Virus record (IMG/VR): IMGVR_UViG_3300012200_000001 | Coordinates: 1-64,000 of that record | Source of the DNA: a virus | Taxonomy: Duplodnaviria; Caudoviricetes | DNA: 64,000 bases | Direction: 5' to 3' (one strand) | Shown here: positions 25,401-35,400 of the stretch, in pieces | How positions within the stretch are numbered: the first letter of the stretch is position 1 | Layout: every line of letters begins with the position of its first letter | Notes under the pieces: model-generated | Database searches by the model: none | Seen by the model: the letters and a program-made list of their open reading frames with translations, nothing else | What the model was told of the DNA's origin: nothing | Made by a program: the position numbers and the translations under genes

Positions 25401-26969
25401 GTGAGCTACGTCACCTACCTCCGCGACTCGCTCCGCAACTTTGTCACGGGACTAGGTCAGCTCGGCGTCGATCCGAACAAGAGCGTTGAATACATTCTCA
25501 CGCTGTTGGATCGAAACACTCTCGAAAATATGTATCGCGGAGATTGGTTGGCTCGCAAGATAGTCGAAGCGCCAGCCGAAGACATGACGCGCGAGTGGCG
25601 CGCCTGGCAAGCAAACCAGCAGCAGATTGAGGCGCTGGAGTTGGTTGAGAAGACCCTGGATCTTCAGCGCAAGGTCAAGCAATGGATCAGCAAAGCTAGA
25701 TTGTACGGAGGCTCGGCACTCGTCATTGGCGTGGACGACGGTAATGATCCTAGCCAACCGCTTGATCTAGAAAAGTGCAGCAAGGATTGTCTGAAGTACG
25801 TGGTGGTGCTGCACCGCTTCGAACTCAATGCTGGTCCGCGCATCTACAACGTGATGGATCCCTACTACACGCGACCGGCCTATTACACCGTTGCGACGCC
25901 GATGTTTGGTTTTGAGGGCGGATCGGGGACGACGACGCCGTCGGTACGTGGACAGCCCGAGCAAGTGCCGGGTGCGGTCAATCCGGTCAAGAGCTTTTTC
26001 AGTAATGTGATTCCGTTTAGTAAAGGCCGACAACAAGAGCTAAGCACGATCCCCACAAACATGGGCATGACACAGATTCATCCCAGCCGCGTGCTCGAGC
26101 TTCCTGGCAATGAGCTACCCGACTGGCGGCTTGCTCCGCTCGGCGGCGGCTGGGGCGATAGCGTGTTGCAGACCGTGGTCGATACGGTCAACAGTTTCAC
26201 GGGCAGCATTCAATCCATTGCTGCAATGGTTAACGACGGCAAGATGGATGTTGTCAAAATCCCAAACATGGCGCTGAGCCTGATATCACCGGAATATAAG
26301 AACAAGATGCTTGATCGGTTCACTCTGTCGGCTCAGACCAAGAGTGCACTTTCCGTGCTGATATTGGACAAGGAGGAGGAGTGGGACCGGATACAGACCA
26401 ATTATAGTGGCCTGCCGATGATCTTGCATGAGTTCATCACTCTCATCAGCGGTGCGGCCAGTATTCCGGTTAGTCGTTTGTTCGGCACGGCATCGGGCAT
26501 GGGATTGCAGGGCGGCAGTACGAGCGGCGGGCCGGACGATGTGCGCAACTATTACGATGATTGCGTGAACAAGCAGAAGAACGAGATCGCGCCGCGCCTC
26601 GCAATGCTCGACCAGGTGATGATGCGCAGTGCGCTCGGTAAGGCCGATCCTAACATTCACTACGAATGGAATCCGCTGTGGCAACTCAGCGAAGGCGACA
26701 AGGCCAAGATCGGGCTTGAGAAGGCGCAAGCGACGCAAGTTTATGCAACCATTGGCATCATTAACGCGGATGCCTTCCGTGAAGGCGTGGTCAATCAGCT
26801 GATCGAGGATGGGACCTATCCGGGGCTCGACGATGCCATTGAAAAATATGGATCGGAACCAGAGGAAGGCGACGATACTGGAGGCTATCAACCCAGTGGC
26901 GAGCCCGCGCCCGATGCGAGTGGCGGAGGGAGTCCGGAACCAGGGCGGTTCAACTGGAAAGCATCATGA
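25401..26969 (+). CDS. Portal protein (DUF1073 / HI1409 family)
   Basis: YRGDWLARKIVEAPAEDMTREW, ARLYGGS, IHPSRV, GWGDSVLQ, IPVSRLFG, DVRNYYD, EWNPLWQLSE. Confidence 0.92.
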   Translation: MSYVTYLRDSLRNFVTGLGQLGVDPNKSVEYILTLLDRNTLENMYRGDWLARKIVEAPAEDMTREWRAWQANQQQIEALELVEKTLDLQRKVKQWISKARLYGGSALVIGVDDGNDPSQPLDLEKCSKDCLKYVVVLHRFELNAGPRIYNVMDPYYTRPAYYTVATPMFGFEGGSGTTTPSVRGQPEQVPGAVNPVKSFFSNVIPFSKGRQQELSTIPTNMGMTQIHPSRVLELPGNELPDWRLAPLGGGWGDSVLQTVVDTVNSFTGSIQSIAAMVNDGKMDVVKIPNMALSLISPEYKNKMLDRFTLSAQTKSALSVLILDKEEEWDRIQTNYSGLPMILHEFITLISGAASIPVSRLFGTASGMGLQGGSTSGGPDDVRNYYDDCVNKQKNEIAPRLAMLDQVMMRSALGKADPNIHYEWNPLWQLSEGDKAKIGLEKAQATQVYATIGIINADAFREGVVNQLIEDGTYPGLDDAIEKYGSEPEEGDDTGGYQPSGEPAPDASGGGSPEPGRFNWKAS

Positions 26970-28960
26970 CGCTTGCTCTCAGCCTCTGCGGGCCCCACCG
27001 TGCTCTGCCCACGCATGCAGAGCTGCAGGATGCACGGGCTGGGAAAGACCCGACCAAGACGTATTACCTACGCGCGCGCATGCGAGCGGAAGGTGACCGG
27101 CGCTGGCAGACGTTGGCGCAGACGGTGCGTCAGGCGTTGATCGAGCACGATCTCATAGGAATGCGCGGTATCGGTCGGCTCCCATATGCCGACAAGGCCG
27201 AGGGCTTTGCGGCGTGGCTGCGTGAGGAGCTGCGGCACAAAGTATTCGGCTTGGACGGCCGTTGGCTCAGACCGTACGTGCAGCAGGCGGCCGTGATCGC
27301 ACAGAAGCATGTGAACCAGTTAGCTCCTGGTGGGAAAGTTGACTCGACTCGAGTCGCTACCATGGAGAACTTTGCAGTCAGCGAGCTACGCGGCATCTGT
27401 GAGGCGGCGCAGCAGCAGATGATCCGGGTCGTGACGCATTCGATCATGGCCAACGATACGCCGACGCAAGCGGCCAATGCGCTATCCGGCGTGATCAAGA
27501 CCATGCGCAATCGCACGCGCGCTATGAGCGAGTATGTGATCGCCAAGACCCATGGCACTTGCACGCTCAGCGCATTCCGTGATGCCGGAGTGCAGCAGGT
27601 TGGGATCATTCCCGAGCGATTGCGCAAGCGGCGTGTTGTGCAGGGTCCGCACGGTAAGACGCTCGTGAGCGATTGGCTACGTAGCCATTCATCTCGCGTA
27701 ACTTTCTTCACTCACGAACGTGACATAAAAAAGTTACGTTCAGACAACCGCACGCAATCAAGGGACGCCAAGCAACCTGTCGGTGGCCCCGGCTCCCGTG
27801 TTAGCAGGACCGAGACGCCGTCGGCCGCCACGATTGCGCGTATCGAAAGGGCACAGGAGAAGATCGAAGAGGTCGAGGGGATAGGGGGCGTCGAGGTGGT
27901 CACGGCGGGCGACGAGGACGTGTGCGTCATCTGCGAAGATATAAGCGACGAGGGCCCTTACGATCTCGATACGGCGGAGTCGCTGATACCAGCCCACGCA
28001 TGGTGCCGATGTAGCTTTTACCCTGCCGGTGAAACGACGGATGCGCTTTGGGATTGGGATCCGGAGCAGCATCCACGCGGCAAGACGTCAGAGCAATCGA
28101 CAGGTGGAAGCTTTGCTCCTGGTGAATTACCGCTTTCGGGCGGTGGGGAACCAGAGCCGGGAAAGAACCGCTTTATCGAGGCGCTCGAGTCTGGCGAAGA
28201 AAAAATAGGCCAGACGTGGATGCAGCGCGGATCAACGCGAGATGTACAAAAGCTTGCGCGCGATGCGGTCGTCAGCGTTGGTGATGATAATTTCGAAACC
28301 GCAGTCATTGTTGGCGAGCATCGTCCCGACGGGACACTTGTCGGAGCTGCCCCGGCGGGGGGTGCTCATAGTGTTGGTGTGTCGCCGAAACTGATAGCCA
28401 AATTCGGGGTGCATGAGCTGCATCATAATCATCCGTCACCATTACCTGTTTCCGGCCCGGATATCAGCTTGCTCAATCGACGTCCCGGGGAGTTGGCGGT
28501 GTGGGCGCACACCGATGACGCCTCGTCGAAGGCTAGCATCCCTGGCCGTGATGCCGAGCATCCAAACATGTCGATTGTCGGGGATGCCGATCCCAATGTT
28601 TATACATTGCGGGAGCCAAAGCCGACTGAAGCCTTCGATAGGTTCTTGATGGAATATCACGACGAGGTTGGCAACGAAGCTGGAAACACCTTGCAGCGCC
28701 TTCAATACCAGCTGCGTAGAGAATTCGCAGACGAAAAGGAATTGGAGAGCGCCAACCGTTTTGTGCTCTATCATCCGCTGGTGCAAGGGCTGGTGAATGC
28801 GGGCCTGGTCAAGCATGATTATCAACCCGGGGCATTCGAGCGCGGGCTTTTGCGCAAACACGGTCGTGCCATCAAGCGGATCACCGAGATCGCTGACCGG
28901 GCCATGGCCGACGGAATCAAACGCCACAACCTGCATATCGCCGATGTTGGTCTCAATTGA
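26966..28960 (+). CDS. MuF-like head morphogenesis protein with a C-terminal JAB/MPN-like domain
   Basis: D..VC.IC...IPAHAWCRC MuF end; WDPEQHPRG linker; E...HNHP.....SGPD. Confidence 0.85.
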   Translation: MTLALSLCGPHRALPTHAELQDARAGKDPTKTYYLRARMRAEGDRRWQTLAQTVRQALIEHDLIGMRGIGRLPYADKAEGFAAWLREELRHKVFGLDGRWLRPYVQQAAVIAQKHVNQLAPGGKVDSTRVATMENFAVSELRGICEAAQQQMIRVVTHSIMANDTPTQAANALSGVIKTMRNRTRAMSEYVIAKTHGTCTLSAFRDAGVQQVGIIPERLRKRRVVQGPHGKTLVSDWLRSHSSRVTFFTHERDIKKLRSDNRTQSRDAKQPVGGPGSRVSRTETPSAATIARIERAQEKIEEVEGIGGVEVVTAGDEDVCVICEDISDEGPYDLDTAESLIPAHAWCRCSFYPAGETTDALWDWDPEQHPRGKTSEQSTGGSFAPGELPLSGGGEPEPGKNRFIEALESGEEKIGQTWMQRGSTRDVQKLARDAVVSVGDDNFETAVIVGEHRPDGTLVGAAPAGGAHSVGVSPKLIAKFGVHELHHNHPSPLPVSGPDISLLNRRPGELAVWAHTDDASSKASIPGRDAEHPNMSIVGDADPNVYTLREPKPTEAFDRFLMEYHDEVGNEAGNTLQRLQYQLRREFADEKELESANRFVLYHPLVQGLVNAGLVKHDYQPGAFERGLLRKHGRAIKRITEIADRAMADGIKRHNLHIADVGLN

Positions 28961-31900
28961 TCCGCCGGGATTGTTTGCAAAACCAGCACAGTGGCAGAGC
29001 TTTGTCGCTGATATGGAGCAGCGGCTAGCTGAGGGCCACGAGGATGCAAGGCCGTGGCTCGAATGGGGGCGCAAGCATCTCGGCACGCATGACTTCGATC
29101 CTGACCAGCCGCGCGACCCGCAGGGTAAATGGACTGGCACGGGAGGAGGGACTCCGGCCTATCATGGTTCGCCGTATGCCTTTTCCGAATTTGCGAGCAA
29201 GGTTGGCAGCGGTGAGGGCACGGATGCCTTCGGCCACGGGCTGTACTTTTCCGAGAACCGCGCGGTCGCCGAGCATTACCGGCGCGCGCTGAGCGGGCTG
29301 CGCGGGCAACCGGCGGGCGGCGTGCTGTACGAGGTCGATCTCGACGTCGAGCGCAGCAAGCTGCTTGACTGGGACAAGCCGCTAAGCCAGCAGCCGGAAA
29401 TCTCCAAAATCCTGCGCGATCAAATTGGAACGGCGGCGACGCCGTTCAGCGGCGAAACGAACAAGGATATTGCCGACCTGTTGCGTAAGGATGCGAAGGG
29501 CGAGGCGATCATGGAGAGGGTCAGCGGCTCCCCGCAAGGCGTTCTGCACAAGCTGAAGGAGGGCAGCGATGCGCTGCATGAGATCGGCATTCAGGGCGTG
29601 AAATATCTCGACAAGCGTTCGCGGGCAAAGGGTGAGGGTACGAGCAATTACGTCGTGTTTGATCCGAAGCGCGTCCACATCGTGCATGCCCACCAGTTTG
29701 CAGATGCTGCGAAGAAGGGCATCAGGGTCTTCTTCATGGGGCTGGGGCATCCGCATCAACAGCCAGCAGGCGGCGGAGACGCCTATGACGATGATCGGGC
29801 ACGCTACGATCCTGGTGAAATCAGCGTGCATGGTGGTGAGTTTGCACCGGAAGGCGGTGCGGTTGGCGGGCCTGATTACGAACCAGGCGGCGTCAAGTAT
29901 GAGGAAGGTCGGCGGCTTACCAGCAATTACATCGCCCGCGAAGCCTCTGGCTATAAGCCCAACTCACGTAAAGTGCCGGACGTTGCGCAGGAATTGAATG
30001 GCCGTGCGCAGAAAATTCTTCAGCAGGAAGTTAATGTCAAAGAAATCACGCGGGAGAACGCTACTCCGCAGCTTGAGAATTACATCGCTAAGACGTTGGC
30101 TATGGAGCTGAAGGACGGGTTGCGCAACGGTCATTCGACGGAGACGTGGTACAGCGACAAGATGCAGCGAACGATGCAGATTGCATCAAAGCTGCATCCC
30201 GAAATCAGCGCCGATCCAGGTAAACGGTTTGCGTTCATTGCTGCGCTTAGCATTGTTAGCCAGGGCGAGCGTGTTAACCGAGCCGGACGAAATGCCGATG
30301 AGGCATACACGCGCTTCAACAAAGACGGGAAATTTCCGACCGATATCAAGGTTGCTGATCCGAACATCACCGGCAATTTTCAGAAGATGAATAAGCTGAT
30401 TGCTCGCTTTGGCCTCGAAGGCACCAAGAAAATTTTTGATACCCAGTACACCAATCGTGATCTGCTTGAGGCGACTGGCTATAAAGTTGGCAAGACCAAC
30501 ATGGATGACAAGGTCTATGGGTCTGCTGTGTTGGGCCCGAAGATCGGACAGGGCTTTTATCAGAATCTGAATGGCAACTTTGACCCGCTCACGATGGATA
30601 TGTGGTTCATGCGTTCGTGGGGGCGTCTCACTGGCACTGGTATTGGCCATACCGACATGAACGAGCAGCGCGACAAGCTGCGAACCGAGCTGAAGCGCAA
30701 AGGCAAAGCAGCGCCGTCAAGCATGGAGAGGCTTCTGGGCATTGCACAGAAAACAATAGATGTGCATGAGGCTGACTATAAAGAAACACGTAGACCGAAG
30801 ACTCCGCTCGAACATGCCGCGGAGCGTTTTGTCTACAACTACAGTGGGGCGATGGTCGAAGCACCGAAGGGTGGCAATGATCGTATTTGGATTACATCGG
30901 TCTTCGATAAAGCGCTTAATCTCTTGCATAAGGAAGGAACTCATCTTACGCGCGCGTCTGGGCAAGCTACGTGGTGGACGCCTGAGCAAGGACTGTACAA
31001 ACGTCTTGGTGCGCGCGTCCCTCAATACGACACTGACTATGCTAAAGTGTTTGAGAGGATCGCCAGGGAAAAGGGCGTGACCGTGGATGCGAAAATGACA
31101 CTCGAGTTCGCGCCGTGGATCGATGATCCCGATTCGCCTGATAACATGACCGAAGCTGAAATGGATCGCATGGTCGAGGGCTTTGTCCATCTTCAAAGTA
31201 AAGCAGCAAGAGACTATGACCCGGATCAGCCGCGCGTACCAAAGGGTTCGGGCGAGGGTAGCGGAGAGTGGACAGCAGCCGGTGGCGGCGGTGGCTTTGA
31301 GTTTGTCTCGCCCAATATTGAGCACACCGGTTTCGAAGGTGCCCTACGTGGGCTGACCGGTGATCGACAGCGGGCCTTGCGCCTAGCGGCGACCGAGATC
31401 GATGGCACTCTCGGCCTCGACAGTGTCCACACCAACATTGTGGGAGCCTGGTCCGATGGTGCCGAGAACTCGATCCTGAGCGAGGTGGAAAATCCGGACT
31501 GGGACAAGCTCAAGCTCAGCGGTGCAATGAAGGGTTATCTGGCCGACCAGAAGTCGGTCCTGTTGTTCAAGCAGGACGACAAGGGTAAGGCGGTCCTTTA
31601 CAAGTGGGCGATGCCTGGTACGCTCGAGAGTGCCCACAGGGAGTTGATGCAGGCTGGTATTACGGACCACACCTTGCAGAAACAGACATCTGGCGTTACG
31701 GCATATGTAGTTGATCGAGACGGAAAATTGCATGACAAAATCGCCCACGCCTCCTCCGGGGCAGACGTCGAATACCAGTTCGGACGCGCAGAATTTATCG
31801 GAACTACAAAAGACGACGGAACCGACCGCCAGCAGCGAGACGACGCGCGAAGAGCTTATGCGGAAATTATCAAGCAATCCCCGATTCAAAATGGCACGGA

Positions 31901-32351
31901 AGTCTGGGACCGGGTTCACAATCGGTGGGGTGAAGCGCTAAATCCCAAGAGCGGCAAGGTCATTCAGATCGGCCGCAATCAGCCGTTTGAGGTGATGATC
32001 AATCCGAGTGAACGTGACTTGCGTAGCATGGTGCGCGAGTCTTCGGATCAAGAGATTCGTGTTTTACTCGATAAAGACAACAATCTATTTGCTTGGGATG
32101 CGCGGCATGCAATTCACGCTTCCGTTGAGGATGAACTACAGCTTAAGGCCAAGGAGTGGGATAATTGGATTTTACATCGCGGTAAGTTGGTGTCTGGACG
32201 CTATTTTCGCCCTAATCCAAATATTTCCGAGGATGTTCAGCGACGTCATTTGCGTCAGGGAGAGACCGAGGTTCGTAGTTGGTTAAAACAAGTTCCGGCA
32301 ATCGCCGCGTTCAATACAGCGCTTAGGGATGCGTCAGCTTCGATGATATGA
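28944..32351 (+). CDS. Polyvalent head-associated protein: ART-like + HhH-like + unknown domains
   Basis: YHGS...G.GEG..FG.GLYFS...NYVVFDP; GPKIG.GFYQNL.G...LTMDMWFMR; three DP.QP/DPGE linkers. Confidence 0.8.
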   Translation: MLVSIDPPGLFAKPAQWQSFVADMEQRLAEGHEDARPWLEWGRKHLGTHDFDPDQPRDPQGKWTGTGGGTPAYHGSPYAFSEFASKVGSGEGTDAFGHGLYFSENRAVAEHYRRALSGLRGQPAGGVLYEVDLDVERSKLLDWDKPLSQQPEISKILRDQIGTAATPFSGETNKDIADLLRKDAKGEAIMERVSGSPQGVLHKLKEGSDALHEIGIQGVKYLDKRSRAKGEGTSNYVVFDPKRVHIVHAHQFADAAKKGIRVFFMGLGHPHQQPAGGGDAYDDDRARYDPGEISVHGGEFAPEGGAVGGPDYEPGGVKYEEGRRLTSNYIAREASGYKPNSRKVPDVAQELNGRAQKILQQEVNVKEITRENATPQLENYIAKTLAMELKDGLRNGHSTETWYSDKMQRTMQIASKLHPEISADPGKRFAFIAALSIVSQGERVNRAGRNADEAYTRFNKDGKFPTDIKVADPNITGNFQKMNKLIARFGLEGTKKIFDTQYTNRDLLEATGYKVGKTNMDDKVYGSAVLGPKIGQGFYQNLNGNFDPLTMDMWFMRSWGRLTGTGIGHTDMNEQRDKLRTELKRKGKAAPSSMERLLGIAQKTIDVHEADYKETRRPKTPLEHAAERFVYNYSGAMVEAPKGGNDRIWITSVFDKALNLLHKEGTHLTRASGQATWWTPEQGLYKRLGARVPQYDTDYAKVFERIAREKGVTVDAKMTLEFAPWIDDPDSPDNMTEAEMDRMVEGFVHLQSKAARDYDPDQPRVPKGSGEGSGEWTAAGGGGGFEFVSPNIEHTGFEGALRGLTGDRQRALRLAATEIDGTLGLDSVHTNIVGAWSDGAENSILSEVENPDWDKLKLSGAMKGYLADQKSVLLFKQDDKGKAVLYKWAMPGTLESAHRELMQAGITDHTLQKQTSGVTAYVVDRDGKLHDKIAHASSGADVEYQFGRAEFIGTTKDDGTDRQQRDDARRAYAEIIKQSPIQNGTEVWDRVHNRWGEALNPKSGKVIQIGRNQPFEVMINPSERDLRSMVRESSDQEIRVLLDKDNNLFAWDARHAIHASVEDELQLKAKEWDNWILHRGKLVSGRYFRPNPNISEDVQRRHLRQGETEVRSWLKQVPAIAAFNTALRDASASMI

Positions 32352-32487
32352 CCGAAGGAGGGCGCGTTCAGGTTGAATGGGGGCTTCCTTAAAGACGCAA
32401 AGTCGAGTAATTACGATTTGATGCAGGGAATCGTTTCTGAGTCCGAGGCTGGCCGTCGGGGAGACACGTCGGCCACGGAGCAGATGA

Positions 32488-35400
32488 ATGCCTTACAAGG
32501 CAAGCCAGATCCCGAGCGGGACTGAGAAGGTTCCCAAGCACGGTCAGGCTATTTTCCGATCAGCATTCAATGCCGCCTTCGAGAAGTATGGCGAGGAGCG
32601 CGCGCACGCGATTGCGTGGTCGGCCGTTAAAGCAAAATATAAGAAGAAGGGCGACCGCTGGGTCAGCAAGGACGGATATGCCGTCATGCATCGGCTCGGG
32701 GACTACGACCCCGATCAGCCGCGCGTACCTGCCGGTGAATCAGGTGGCGGTCAGTGGGCTGGCGGCGGCGGTGGCCCCGCCGGTCGCGGCGAGCTGCATC
32801 TGACCAAGGCAGAAGGACTATCTGAAAAACCCGAGATCGCACGCACCTTTGGTTTTGGTCAGGGCATCGAAGGAATAAGCGGCGGGCTTGGAGGCGCTGA
32901 GGGAGAACTTGGTGCCGGGACATTCGGCAAAAGCGAACCTGCTGGTGGCGCGAAGGCCTCACCCGGCGTTCCCAAGGAATTGGTGAAAGCCATTGAGGAT
33001 CACGTCGGCGGGATGGGTGGTGAATTTGGCCAGCACGGCAGCGCCGATCTCACCAGGTGGCTGATGCTCGCGCGCAAAGACCAGATGCTCAAACTCATCG
33101 ATGACATGCCAGCCAACAAGCGGCCAGCGCTGCTGCTGCACAAGGGTGATGAGAAGGCGGGCATGCCGTCAGTATGGTTGTTGGGTTGGAGTGGGACCGA
33201 GCAGACGGACATCCACGATCATGTTCGTTCCGAAGTCGGCATTTCGGTGTTGCGCGGTAATATTGCCAACGAATGGAATCATCCTCCTGCGGGCTATCTC
33301 GATGCCGCGAAGAGCCCTGACGGGCTGCGTATGCCGGTCAACAAGGACACGTTGCCCGAAGGCACAACTGTGCAGCTCGAGGCTCCGTATATCCACCTGA
33401 TGCGCGGCACCGCGCCGTCGAAGGCGTCGGGAGAGCGCGACATTTCGGTGCATGCATATCACCCGCCACTCAAGCAGATGCACTATTTCAAATCTCGAGG
33501 CGGTGCGCTGCATTACGACGGCGATTGGGATGAGGATCGCCCGCCGTCCGAATATTCGACTCGCGATTGTGCTTGCTGTTCGTTGCTTGACGAGGCGGCA
33601 GGCCATCCGTTCCGAGGTAACCAATATACGACGGGAGAGAGCGGCGGTGGCAATGGGCAACCAGCTGAGAGTACCGGTGAGCATGGTCAGAAGGTTAAGG
33701 CATTCCTCAGCTTATCGTCCGCTAAGTCGGTCATCAGAAGCGCAATCAATGAAACGATCAGGGCTGGAGAGCACATCGTAAAGCATGAATCCGAGATCGC
33801 CGTAACGAGCGGCATCCTCGCTGCCTTGACGGCGTTGGGTGCGCCATCGGTGCCAGCGGCAGTCTGTGCCACGATTGCTGGTTATGCGGTGCACCGCGTG
33901 GCCCATAGTCTTGGCATCGATGCCGGAGCTGCACACCGCTTATTGAAGGCCACGACCGGCGGGCTGCGGAATATGTCTGAACGAGCAAGGCGCTCTGGCA
34001 TGCATGGCGGCGGCTTCCCCGAGCAGGCATTAGGTTTCGGCGATGCGGATGACGGTTCCGTCTCCCGGTCTTTGCGCTTGCTCGACGATGCATTGAATCG
34101 TCACACACTCGATGAGCTTGATAGATTTATCGAGGAGTACGAATCCGGCCGCTTCCATCGGGATGAAGAGGCGGGTCATCCATTCCGCGGCAACCAGTAC
34201 ACCACGGGTGAAAGCGGTGGCGGAAAAGGCGAGGAGGGCGGCGGAGGGCGAGGCGGTGGTGGCGAGGAGGTCCATCCCGGGAAGGGCTACTCGAAGGAGG
34301 CCCGCGTTGACGAGAAAGGCGTCATCCATACCGAGAATGTTGATGATGCAGCGCGTGCGCTTACCGAAGGGCGCAAGGTTGAACTGAATCAACCACGGCA
34401 AGTCTCAACCTTGCTCGACAAGCTTGGTGAGATAGCCAAAGCGGCGCTCGCTAAAGGCGAGAAGGCTCCAAATTTTAATTTGTGCGATGTGTCGGTAAAA
34501 GGCACCAACCTGTTCTGCGCGGAGACTAAAGGCTTCACGCGCATTGAGATGCCGCAGCTCGAGGATACCAAAGGTTTCCTCGATTACCTGAAGGCTCGAG
34601 GCCACACGGTAAAAGACGGCGAAGAATATGCGGCGCACTTGCGAGCAACACAGAACGAACTGAAGGGCGCGCAGGTCGCGGCCCTCGCCAATTTCATGGA
34701 GACCGGCATCGGTAAGGACGGCAAGGTCGACAAGGAAGCAGCCGCTAAGCTACAAGACCGGCCCATCGTTATTAGCAAGGACGATTACATTCTCGATGGC
34801 CACCATAGCTGGGCGGCAAAAATTGGCATGGACGCGCGCGACAACATCTTGGCTGACGACAAAAAGATGAATGTGCGCCGGGTCGACACCGACATCATCA
34901 CATTGCTGTACGCCGCCGATGACTTCACCGGGGGTAAAGGGAAAAAAAGCGCAAAGGATCGCGCAAAGGATCGCGTCATGATGGACCAAAGGAAACAATG
35001 TCCCGGGTGTTACGGGAGCGGTTTGGACCTTGAAGGCGACCAGTGCGATGAATGCGACGGTACTGGTTATATCGATAATGACGATGATGATGTTGAGGAT
35101 GGCCGACGACGGCAGACAGATTCGATACATCTCATCGAGAACGCCGTATTTGTCCAAGATCGCGATGGCAAGATCGTACGCAAAACCAAGGATGGCTACC
35201 TCGTAGCGAATGCACGTATCGCTCGTACCGGCATTCAGCTCTACGACGGAGCAGAGATCGGTAAGCCCGACATGGGCGTGGTGCGGGTCTATCGACCGGA
35301 GAGCGAAGTCTTCAGCGCCAAGGCGATGCACAGCCTCGCGAACAAGCCGATCACGCTCAATCATCCGCCGGTCATGGTGGATGCGAAGAATTGGGACGAA

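Noticed and set aside
25401-26969. DUF1073 protein as an anti-CBASS Acb1 nuclease (a label sometimes attached to this family)
   Set aside because: Size, motifs and position before MuF, protease and MCP fit a portal; no 2H HxT pair was recognised
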